Below, one piece after another: positions 1 to 9,000 of a DNA stretch of 30,752 bases. Made by a program: the position numbers and the translations under genes. The stretch comes from a virus (taxonomy: Duplodnaviria > Caudoviricetes), in the IMG/VR virus record IMGVR_UViG_3300044676_000834, positions 1 through 30,752 of that record; one strand, written 5' to 3'. How positions within the stretch are numbered: the first letter of the stretch is position 1; each line of letters starts with the position of its first letter. The notes under the pieces were generated by a model. It ran no database searches and had not been told where the DNA came from. It saw only the letters and a list, made by a program, of their open reading frames with translations.

Positions 1-72
1 GGCGTATCAGGTTCCTCGCGTATACGAGCTATACATTTTGGCGAGACACCTTATGGCTTGAGGACATCATAA
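1..72 (+). CDS. 3' end of an upstream gene (…GVSGSSRIRAIHFGETPYGLRTS*), possibly a tail tubular/nozzle protein; partial
   Basis: Frame 1 is open from base 1 to TAA at 70-72, which overlaps the next ATG (TAATG). The product is inferred only from its position upstream of the ejection genes. Confidence 0.5.
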   Translation, partial: GVSGSSRIRAIHFGETPYGLRTS

Positions 73-419
73 TGGCAAGGTTTACAGCTATACCAGCAGT
101 TCCCCAAGGTGGGATTACAGATTGGCAAAGTGTGCTAATTAGCTCTGTTAAAGAGAATGTAGAGCTGCTTACCGGCCTGCGTGGTGAAGCTGATCTAGCT
201 AGTAAAGCTGTAACAAAAGGCCAAATAACGCTCGAGTTAATGGGCGACCAAAACATGAAACAAATATCCGCTAAAGGTGCAGGCTTTACAATCAGTGGTC
301 AAGAGGTTGCTGGACTTGACGACTATGGTCTGTTATTAACAGATGTACAAACTTTGGCTAATGATTTAGCGTATACTAGAGCAGTGCTTAACGCACTAAT
401 ACAACAGCTGAGAGGATAG
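72..419 (+). CDS. Hypothetical virion-associated protein, 115 aa
   Basis: ORF with GAGGA RBS, translationally coupled to the upstream gene; C-terminal coiled-coil-like helix; lies in the structural arm. Confidence 0.75.
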   Translation: MARFTAIPAVPQGGITDWQSVLISSVKENVELLTGLRGEADLASKAVTKGQITLELMGDQNMKQISAKGAGFTISGQEVAGLDDYGLLLTDVQTLANDLAYTRAVLNALIQQLRG

Positions 420-423
420 AAAT

Positions 424-1338
424 ATGGCTATGAGACCTACTCCACAGACTCCGGCTATGGCACCTACTCCGCTGGATGTGCCTACTGGAGCAACCACTGA
501 GGCAGTTCCATCTACTGTCTCTATGGACTTACCCCCAAGTATTCAACAACTTATTACTATGCCTACCCCTGGTGTCAATGAACAGGCCGTAGGACAAATT
601 ACAACAGGTACAGTAGCGGCTAACCCTCAGTATCCTGTACTCGATTTTCGTATGCAGCCTAGCTATGAAGAAGGCGGAATGATCGGCCCGCAAGGCATGC
701 CGGTTCGCCCAGCAGGGTTGCAACAGCAACAAGCTAGTGGGCCTATGAATCCACAGATGATTGACATGCAGATTAACGACATGCTTAACAACAACCCAGA
801 AGTGGTTGCACGAGTTCGTGCCGCTATTGAAGCAGGTATACAGTCTGGGGAACTTAGTCAGCAAGGACTCAACATGGCTGTCCAGTTAGCTGAAGTTGTT
901 TTGCAGAACCCTGATATGTACCCGCAAATGCGGCAGTTTGCTATCCAACGAGGACTTATCCCTGCGGAAGATATTCCGGAGCAGTACGACCAAGGGTTAG
1001 TCATTGCCATAATCATTGCGGCAAAAGCTATGAAGGCAGATGTACAGCTCGAAGGCGTGCAAATGAACCCTGAAGTTGGCCAAGTAGCTCCTATGCAGGG
1101 CGCACAAGCTGGTTCAATGCAGCAGCCCCCAATGCAAGAGATGGAATTTGGCGGAATGGTTAACGGCCCATCACATGAAAAAGGCGGTGTTCGTGTAAAG
1201 ATGCGCGGCGGCGGTGAGATTGAAGTCGAGGGCGGCGAGTATGTTATCCCTAAGGACATTGTAAAAGCTAAAGGCACTGAGTTCTTTGATAAGATGTTAG
1301 CTCAGTACCAAGGTGAAGATAATAAAGGAACAGCATGA
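424..1338 (+). CDS. Pro/Gln/Met-rich phage virion-type protein with a C-terminal GGxVxGPxHxxGG…EGGEYVIP motif, 304 aa
   Basis: AGAGGA RBS; ATGA overlap with the next gene. The motif GGMVNGPSHEKGGV…EVEGGEYVIPKDIV resembles motifs common in phage virion and tape-measure-type proteins. Confidence 0.75.
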   Translation: MAMRPTPQTPAMAPTPLDVPTGATTEAVPSTVSMDLPPSIQQLITMPTPGVNEQAVGQITTGTVAANPQYPVLDFRMQPSYEEGGMIGPQGMPVRPAGLQQQQASGPMNPQMIDMQINDMLNNNPEVVARVRAAIEAGIQSGELSQQGLNMAVQLAEVVLQNPDMYPQMRQFAIQRGLIPAEDIPEQYDQGLVIAIIIAAKAMKADVQLEGVQMNPEVGQVAPMQGAQAGSMQQPPMQEMEFGGMVNGPSHEKGGVRVKMRGGGEIEVEGGEYVIPKDIVKAKGTEFFDKMLAQYQGEDNKGTA

Positions 1339-1823
1339 CCCTTCAAGTAGTAGAAAAGCAGAAACCCGAAAGCCTTGAACCAAAACGGTACGAGGCTATT
1401 CTGCTGTCTACTCAACAGTTAATTGATAAATACTGGGCGCAGTGTGTACCACATTTAGAAAAATGTTTAGAGGGTATGCACGGCGAGTGTACAGTAGAAG
1501 ATATTTATACAAGTGCGCTGCAAGGTCAGATGTATTTGTTAGTGGCAAAGAATGACGATGAAGAGCTACCTGATGTAAAGCTAGTTCTAGTCATGCAGTT
1601 AGTGTACTACCCACGGTACACTGCTATGAACGTTGTGGCTATGGGGGGTAAAGACCTCAGACATCTTATCAAGAAGTTTTGGCCTGACGTTTGTGGGTGG
1701 GCGCGTATCTGCGGCGTTAAGCAGATTGAGTGTTCAGTAGCACCAGCAATGGAACGTATCCTATCAGGGGCTGGGTTTGAACGTAAATATGTCCAGCTCA
1801 AACAGGATTTAATGGAGGTCTAA
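1335..1823 (+). CDS. GNAT-fold-like phage protein (positional analogue of P22 gp14 / T7 gp13), 162 aa
   Basis: Alternating alpha/beta pattern ending WARICGVKQIEC…MERILSGAGF, typical of GNAT C-termini; located directly before the ejection genes. Confidence 0.55.
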   Translation: MTLQVVEKQKPESLEPKRYEAILLSTQQLIDKYWAQCVPHLEKCLEGMHGECTVEDIYTSALQGQMYLLVAKNDDEELPDVKLVLVMQLVYYPRYTAMNVVAMGGKDLRHLIKKFWPDVCGWARICGVKQIECSVAPAMERILSGAGFERKYVQLKQDLMEV

Positions 1824-1824
1824 T

Positions 1825-3339
1825 ATGACAACTATCGCAATAAACCCGATGGTGGTTTCGGTTAGTCCTACTAACGCTACCCCCATCCATAGTATCCAAC
1901 CTACCGAACATGGCGGCGGCGCAAAAAAGCTCGTAGCTGTTGTAGCGGCAGTTGCAATTCCGTTTGCAGCCCCAGCTATCGCGTCAGCTATCGGACTTTC
2001 GGGCGCAATCGCAGCCGCAGGTGCCAGTGCCACAATCGCTTCTGTCGCAGGTTCTGCTATTGTGGGCGCAGGTCTTGGAGCCATTAGTGCAAAAGTTACA
2101 GGTGGCGACGTTAAAACTTCAGCTATCTTTGGCGCTATCGGCGGCGGTATCGGCGGTTATACTTACGCACAAAACCCAGCTAACGCAGCGCAGATAAGCG
2201 GTCAGACAGGATCACAGACCTCAGCAACACTAGCTGATGGCACAAGCTCACTAACAGGTGGCGCTGACGCAGGTACGACTCTTTCTGGCGGCACTGATCA
2301 GCTCGCTCTTGAGCCTGGGGCAGGCGGTGGAAGCAACCTAACTAACGCATCATATACCCCTGCGCAATCAGGCGATGTAGCAGCCCAACTGTCTAACACT
2401 GGCAACGCACAAGTTGTAAACGCTAGCCTTCCTGGCTCTACTGTAGCACAAGGCGGTCAAACGCTAGTTCAATCAGGAGCAGGCGCAGGAACACAAGTCG
2501 GAACTTACGCATCTCAGCTGCCACCTGACGCCTCATTTGGCGCTAAGTTTGTAGCTGGTGTAAAAGATTCTGGTTCTGTACTCGCATCTAAACTAACTAG
2601 CCCAGATGCTATTGCTAACGTAACGCTTCAAGCTGGCGGTCAGCTACTAGGTATGGCGCTTGCGCCTGACCCTGAAATGCCACCAGAGCAAAAAGAACTG
2701 CTTGAAATGCGTAAGCAAGAACTGGCGCAGCTTAAAGAAAAAGATGAAGCAGCGTTTAACGCACAGATGGATGCCGCTAAGCAGTATCTACAGCAAGCTA
2801 AGCAGTACGACCCAACATACATGGCGTTCCAAGCGGCTAATAAAGAAGCCATTGAACAACAGCGTAAGTTGCGTGAGCAGTATCGTCGCGCTGGGTTGTC
2901 TCGCGGTAGAAATATTAGTGAAGCAGAAAAACGCCGCATGAGCCTAGACGCAGCGCGTAGTGTCAGCTCCGAGTATGATCGCGGGTTCCAGACTGGATTG
3001 ACTGCTCAAAACAGAACTACACAGGCTGGGCTGTCAGCAATTCCTAGTTCAGCACGGTTTGCTAACTATATCTCTGGGCTTAAGAGTCTTGAAGACGATA
3101 CCAGTAGCGCAATGGCAGCAGCTAGAGCGCGTAGTTCAGGTGCAGCTAAGAACATTTCTGACTTGTTTGCTGGCTTTAATGTTAAGGCAGGTAACACTGC
3201 AGCAGCACAAAACCAGATGGCGGGCTTGAAAAAAGACGCTGTTAGTGGGTTGCCAGATGGCTCTGATAAGGATGAGGAAAATAATATTCCAGACTCTGTC
3301 AAACCTTTCTATCAGCCTGACGGCTTTTATCAGGTATAA
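1825..3339 (+). CDS. Putative DNA ejection / internal virion protein with a hydrophobic Gly/Ala-rich N-terminus, 504 aa
   Basis: GGAGG RBS; long GxxxG/AxxxA hydrophobic stretch (LVAVVAAVAIPFAAPAIASAIG…GAIGGGIGG), a Gly/Ser/Thr linker and a C-terminal coiled coil. Confidence 0.7.
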   Translation: MTTIAINPMVVSVSPTNATPIHSIQPTEHGGGAKKLVAVVAAVAIPFAAPAIASAIGLSGAIAAAGASATIASVAGSAIVGAGLGAISAKVTGGDVKTSAIFGAIGGGIGGYTYAQNPANAAQISGQTGSQTSATLADGTSSLTGGADAGTTLSGGTDQLALEPGAGGGSNLTNASYTPAQSGDVAAQLSNTGNAQVVNASLPGSTVAQGGQTLVQSGAGAGTQVGTYASQLPPDASFGAKFVAGVKDSGSVLASKLTSPDAIANVTLQAGGQLLGMALAPDPEMPPEQKELLEMRKQELAQLKEKDEAAFNAQMDAAKQYLQQAKQYDPTYMAFQAANKEAIEQQRKLREQYRRAGLSRGRNISEAEKRRMSLDAARSVSSEYDRGFQTGLTAQNRTTQAGLSAIPSSARFANYISGLKSLEDDTSSAMAAARARSSGAAKNISDLFAGFNVKAGNTAAAQNQMAGLKKDAVSGLPDGSDKDEENNIPDSVKPFYQPDGFYQV

Positions 3340-3351
3340 GGAGTAACGCCG

Positions 3352-6048
3352 ATGGCTTTGCTGGGTAACTTCATAGGTGGTGCGTTAGGGCTTCAGTCTG
3401 GTGAGTCGTACACTCAATCAGTAGAGGCCGCTAATCGTTTACAAGAGTTGCAGCGCAAGAATCAAGCGCGTGAGAACCAGCTCGCCTATGGTGTTGACAC
3501 TGAAATGCGAGACGGTACAGCAGGTGTTAAACCTCTTGACGCCCCAGAGCCATTTGATTTTGATACGCTACAACAGCCAGGGTTGCGGAATATTCCCGTT
3601 GTGCCTCCTGCTGCGGTCGATCAAGAAGGCGGCGTGGCCGATGGAGTACCTCCAGCAGGCGCAGAAACTAAACCTGTACCAAAAACAGATGGCAGCGGTA
3701 ACTTTGTTATTGAGCCTAAAGACGGGACTATACCTAAAGCACCCACTACTGATCTTACTGATCCGTATACTGAGCCTGCTAATGAGTTTGATCTTCTACC
3801 GTATCCTGGCCCTGAAGTACCGGACTTAAACACTTATAACCCTGCTGCAAAAGCGGGCGAAGAAGCTAAGCGTAAGAACCTAAAAGGCGCAATGTCGGAA
3901 GTTATGCGGAGCGCGAACATAAAGCGCAAACATGGCAGAGCAGGTAAGAATGTAACTAACGAACAAGATTTAGCGTATGAATGGTGGACTAGCGATGAAG
4001 CGTTCCAGTTGTTCTACAACAAACCAAGTGTTCTTAGCATGGCAAAGCAAGACCCTATCGGATTTGCTTTGCGCTACATGCAACAAAGCGACCAACGCGC
4101 AACATCTGAAGTAATTACACAGGGTGCAGCTAGAACTAAAAAGCTAATTGATGGGCGGGTTGAAGGACTTAAAACTGAAATAACCAGTGATAAAGTTCAG
4201 CGGTTGTATAGAGCTGCTAACGACATAGGCATTGATCCTTTCGCTGCGATTGCAATTTTCGGTATTGAGTCTGACTTTGGCCGTAACGCAGGTACAAGTA
4301 GCAGAGGCGCTAAAGGCGGCATGCAAGTCATGCCTGAACAGTTTGAGCGCTTAAAGAAATGGTTTGCTGACCCTGCTAACCGCGAACAAATTGAACGTGC
4401 GTTTACTATGGCAGATGGCACAGTAAACCAAGCGCGAGTAGAGTACGCCATACAGACATTTTCTAATATGAAGATGCCTAATGCCAGAGGAATGGGCGGT
4501 AACGGCGGTGAAATTTATGGCGGACTTGCACAGCTGGTGTATAACAAAGCCATTGGCCTACCTAAAAATCTATGGGGTGCTGGGTATCAGACTAATGCCA
4601 ATAAAGTTTTAGAAGCCGGTGCGCCTTTAGCTGTAGATGATGGCAATATCAGTAACTCTGATTACAACCAAGCGTATGTGTCGTTGTATAACCACATTCA
4701 ACAGACCTACGGCAAGCAGCTTGCGGACATCGAAACTCCTTACGGCATTGACTTAGCTACTATTGAAGGCTCTGGCGTTGGCAAACCTACAATGGTGCAG
4801 GCACCAGTAACGGAAACAGCGCAAACAGGTGGGCAGGACAACCAACCTCAAGCAGGCGCAGGCCAAACGCAAACTCAGACGCAAACTCAGACGCAAACTC
4901 AGACGCAAACTCAGACGCCAACAAAGTTTGATGGTGGGTTTGAAATCCGTATGGAAGATGGGCCAGTTGTCTATAAAGACGGCAAACCTATTGGCAGATT
5001 TGCGGAGGGCACTCCAGAAGCCTCAATGTCTGCAGCGGAAGCCTACATTGCCAAAGAACTTGGGCAGAATGTAGCAACACCAAACATCACAATCGCTGGT
5101 AAAGAAGAAAAGTCAGCGGCAAATGAGGGCGTTGACCCTGATATTACCAAGTTTTTGAAAGACCCTCCTGCTATCGGCATCGAGATGAAAAACATCATGC
5201 GTGCCAGAGAGCTAGAGCAACAGCTTCTCCAGCGTAGGATAGATGAAGCCAACGCACAGATTGAAGCCAACAACCGCAAAGTCCAAGAGTATGAGCGTAT
5301 GGCTCAAGTAGCCCGCATCAGCGGTGATTTGGACGGTTACACTCGCTATAGAGGTTTGGCTGATACTGTAAACGCACAGTCTGTTCAGCTCCGTAACTCA
5401 GCCCGCGTGGCTGTGGACGAAGGCAAAGTCAAAATGCTGGGGTACGACAACAAGATACTGCTGGCACAGGGCGCACAAGCACTGCAAGACTTAACCTATG
5501 GCTCGACAGCTCGCGCTGGCGCAGTATTGTCTGCGTATTCTGGCCTTGATATTAAGGTACAGCCACGGTCTGACGGTAAGTTTGACATCGTGGTGCAAGG
5601 CGATGTGCAAGCTACATATACTATGAACCAGCTGTCTGATAAATTGCAGTCAGCGTTTAGCCAAGCCTATCGTGACCAGAAACAGAAGACACAAACAGAA
5701 CGTCAGACATATCTGTTTGAGAAAAATGTTGATCTGCAAGTTGAACTGGCTAAAGAACGTCAGAAACTCATCGGCACTATCAAAGAGAAGACGCTTCAAG
5801 GTAAGATTGACGCTTATCTTAAGTCAATTGAAAACGCTAAAGGCGAGTTTAAGACTCTTAATAACGGTATGGCTGTTATCTTTGACGGGCAAAACTACTT
5901 CCTGCTAAACCCAGAAGCTATCGTTACAGACCCAGAAACAGAAGAAAAATCTAAGCAGCCACGGTTGTTCCCACTAGACATGGCACAGGCACAAGCGTTA
6001 GCCTCAGGAGTAGGATCAGCAGAAGCGTTCAAGAACGCGGCGAAATGA
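3352..6048 (+). CDS. Internal virion protein with an SLT-type lytic transglycosylase domain, 898 aa
   Basis: TAAGGAG RBS; AANDIGIDPFAAIAIFGIES (catalytic Glu codon at 4267-4269) followed by SSRGAKGGMQVMP matches SLT motifs I and II; C-terminal coiled coil. Confidence 0.8.
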   Translation: MALLGNFIGGALGLQSGESYTQSVEAANRLQELQRKNQARENQLAYGVDTEMRDGTAGVKPLDAPEPFDFDTLQQPGLRNIPVVPPAAVDQEGGVADGVPPAGAETKPVPKTDGSGNFVIEPKDGTIPKAPTTDLTDPYTEPANEFDLLPYPGPEVPDLNTYNPAAKAGEEAKRKNLKGAMSEVMRSANIKRKHGRAGKNVTNEQDLAYEWWTSDEAFQLFYNKPSVLSMAKQDPIGFALRYMQQSDQRATSEVITQGAARTKKLIDGRVEGLKTEITSDKVQRLYRAANDIGIDPFAAIAIFGIESDFGRNAGTSSRGAKGGMQVMPEQFERLKKWFADPANREQIERAFTMADGTVNQARVEYAIQTFSNMKMPNARGMGGNGGEIYGGLAQLVYNKAIGLPKNLWGAGYQTNANKVLEAGAPLAVDDGNISNSDYNQAYVSLYNHIQQTYGKQLADIETPYGIDLATIEGSGVGKPTMVQAPVTETAQTGGQDNQPQAGAGQTQTQTQTQTQTQTQTQTPTKFDGGFEIRMEDGPVVYKDGKPIGRFAEGTPEASMSAAEAYIAKELGQNVATPNITIAGKEEKSAANEGVDPDITKFLKDPPAIGIEMKNIMRARELEQQLLQRRIDEANAQIEANNRKVQEYERMAQVARISGDLDGYTRYRGLADTVNAQSVQLRNSARVAVDEGKVKMLGYDNKILLAQGAQALQDLTYGSTARAGAVLSAYSGLDIKVQPRSDGKFDIVVQGDVQATYTMNQLSDKLQSAFSQAYRDQKQKTQTERQTYLFEKNVDLQVELAKERQKLIGTIKEKTLQGKIDAYLKSIENAKGEFKTLNNGMAVIFDGQNYFLLNPEAIVTDPETEEKSKQPRLFPLDMAQAQALASGVGSAEAFKNAAK
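4864..4917 (+). repeat. Coding tandem repeat: CAAACG plus 4 x CAAACTCAGACG, encoding (QT)9
   Basis: Four perfect 12-bp units read directly at 4870-4917. Confidence 0.95.
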
Positions 6049-6055
6049 GGTAAAT

Positions 6056-9000
6056 ATGGCTAAAGCAGGACTCTCATTTGGTAGCCCTACACTTGGCGCG
6101 ATGGATTTGGAGCCACTGGGCAACCCATATGATCCAGCTCCTGACATTGGTATAGGCAACCTTATCGGCACCAAAGAAGCTCTAGGCGTTCAAGCAGACG
6201 CAGAGCTAGGTGCGGCTATGTCGCAGTTCGATTTGCCTAAAGTAACTAAGCCATCTGCAGCACAGATGGGGCCGAATGTTTTGTATAGCGAAACACAAGG
6301 CAAGATGTTTGTGAATGGCTCGCTATTTGACCTCGACGATGCAGATAACGCACTACGGTCTATAGAGTATTTGGACAAACCACGGCAGGGTAATCCAGAA
6401 GGTGACGGCTGGCGCCCTCTTACACCTGACGAATACGGCAGATACATCAAAGCTATTAAAGACCCTAGCTACGGCAGACGGTTTGCCGAGAACTGGGAGA
6501 CAGGTGTAGCATCACTGAAGTCTTTGTTCGGTGCAGGCGCTGTGCTTGTAGGCGCAGAAGAATATGGCCTTGGGGTCATGGAACGCGCCGGTGAGACCAT
6601 GCGTAAGAACGCACCGTTCTCAGGTGAGTTTACTGAAATCGGGCTAGGTGACGAAGACTTAGGCCCAGTTGAGTGGTTTGTCGGGGTGCTAGGCTCACAA
6701 GGGCCGATGCTTCTTGAGACTATCGCAGCTGGTGCAATAGGTTTTGTTGCAGGTTCCGCTACTGCAGGGCCAGGATTAGGGTCTGTAGGCGGCACAATCG
6801 CTGGTCTTACAGGTAAAACTGCATTTAAGAAAGCTGTTAAAGAAGCAGCAGAAGCCTACGTTAAAGAAAAAGCTAAAGGTAAAGCAGCCGCTAAAGCCTT
6901 TATGAAAACAGAGCAGGGTAAGACACTCAAGCGTGCCTCAGGTATTGCTGGAGCCACTGCTTTTGCATACACCAACAACTTTGGTATTGGCGCGTCAGAC
7001 GTATATTCTGAGTTACTTGAGCAGGGTATAGACCCAAGTGACTTTGACGCTAAGATGTCTGCACTGGCAACCGCTGTGCCTTACGCTTTGCTAGACACCA
7101 TCCCTGAGTTTGTCGCAGGGGCTAAGATATTTGGTGGTATTACTAGAGGATCAAAAGGCGGACGTTTACGCCGTGGCACTACAGGTGCTGTGGCTGGTGG
7201 TGTTATAGAAGGCACAACTGAAGCAGGCCAAGAAGGTCTGATTATGGGTACGTCCAACCTAGTAACAGGTAAGGACTACAGCGACGAAGCGCTCCACCGC
7301 CTTATCAATTCATTTGCCGCAGGCTTTGCTATTGGTGCGCCTATCGGTGGCATCACTAACCTTAAAGGTAATAAAGAAGCAGACCTTCTACAGGGCAGCA
7401 CTACTGAGCAGGAATCTGGGCCTACAACTATGGCACCAGATCAAGAGACTGGGCAGGGCGAGCTGTTTACTGAAGAAGAAACTCTGTCTACTGACCCGTT
7501 TGTTGGGCCAAGACCTATTGCACCAGAAGATACTACGCCTGCTGCAGTGGCAGAACGAGACGCTCTGCTGAACGAAAAGAACAAACTACAACGCTTTATT
7601 AGCGAAGCAAACATCCAACTTTCTGATATGGCTAGCGGCAGAGCTACCCTAGACGAAGGCCGTGTAACTCAGCTACGCAGTCAGATTCAACAGGCTCAGC
7701 AGGCAGTGGCTACTATTGATGAGTCACTAGGACAGTTCCAAGGACTCCCAGGCCAAGCACAGCAGTTTGCAGAGCAGATGGGTACACAACCCACCCTGTT
7801 CGAGCCTGCACCTGCGCTTAATGTAGAGACTGCAACCGAGACTCCGTCCGGTCAGATGCTGTTACAGCCAGAGCGTAGAGTCACAAGAACTAATTTTGTA
7901 GGCCCACAGCCACAGTTAGCACCAGACCCAACACCAGTGGTAGAGCCAACGCCAGAACCTGCGCCTACTCAAGCAGAGCTAGAAGCAGCTGGTCAACAAA
8001 CGCTACCACTCCAAACTGATTTACCTAGTCAAATCCAGCAGACTGCAGCGCAACAGCCTGCAGAGGCACAACCTAATTTGTTACAGCAGCGTATGCAGGA
8101 AGCAGCGCGACAAGCTCAGTTGCGGGCGGAGGAAGATAGGCTACGCGCTGAAGCATTGCGGGTAGAGAACGAACGCATCGAACGGAATAACCGCGAACTC
8201 GAAAACTCACTTGCGATACAGCAGGCGCAGAACGAGATCGCGGCATATGAGGCGGAGCAATCTGGTATGACACCGGTAGCAACTCCTCCTGCGCCGGTTG
8301 CAGACCTCCCTACTGCACCTGTCCCAGTTGTTCCGCCTCGCCAGTTAGACCTGTTCCGTGGACAAGTGAAGCTACCTAAGATTTCTAAAGCGGAACAGAA
8401 AGCCATTAACAAGGCTAATCGTCTACGCCGTAAACAAGAGCAAGAAGCCGTCGCCGCTGCAGAAGAAGCGGCACGCCCAATGACCCCAGCGGAAGCGCGT
8501 GCGGCAGGGCAAGGCATACTATTAACACAACGGGGCGAGCCGTCTGTAGCTGCACTCAAAGCAGCGGGCACCCGAGAGGAGACAGTCACACCAGAACTTG
8601 TTCAGGCAACACCTGCTGAAGAGACTGTCGTCGCCCAGCAACAGCAAATCAATGCGCTTCAGCGCAGGGTAGAAGAGCTGGCAGCAGCTCAGGAGGAACA
8701 AAATGCCGTTCAAGAGCGAAGCACAGCGCAAGTGGATGTACGCGAACAACCCGCAGATGGCGAAGCAGTTCGAGGCCGAAACACCGAAGAACGCAAAGCT
8801 GCCGCAATCGCTAAGTCCCAAGAGCGTATCAGAGAAGAGGCGGATCGCACGGCAGCAAGCCGCGCTGAGAAAGCAGAAGAGACCATTCGGGAAGATAGCG
8901 GTCAACAAGGTGTACAGGAAGATAGCGTACAAGAGCGATATTTCGTAGACCAATCAGAGAGCGAAGAATTTATCGTAGAAGAATTGATCTACGACTTTGA

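Noticed and set aside
4829-5074. Alternative-frame ORF with protamine-like (RRKL)n repeats
   Set aside because: It is the +1 reading of the QT repeat, starts at GTG and has no convincing SD, unlike the ORF at 8703.
8116-8953. Antisense ORFs (157 aa and 143 aa) over the linker of the giant gene
   Set aside because: No RBS, and their Ser/Ala/Leu/Cys-rich composition is what the antisense of a Q/E/A-rich linker gives.
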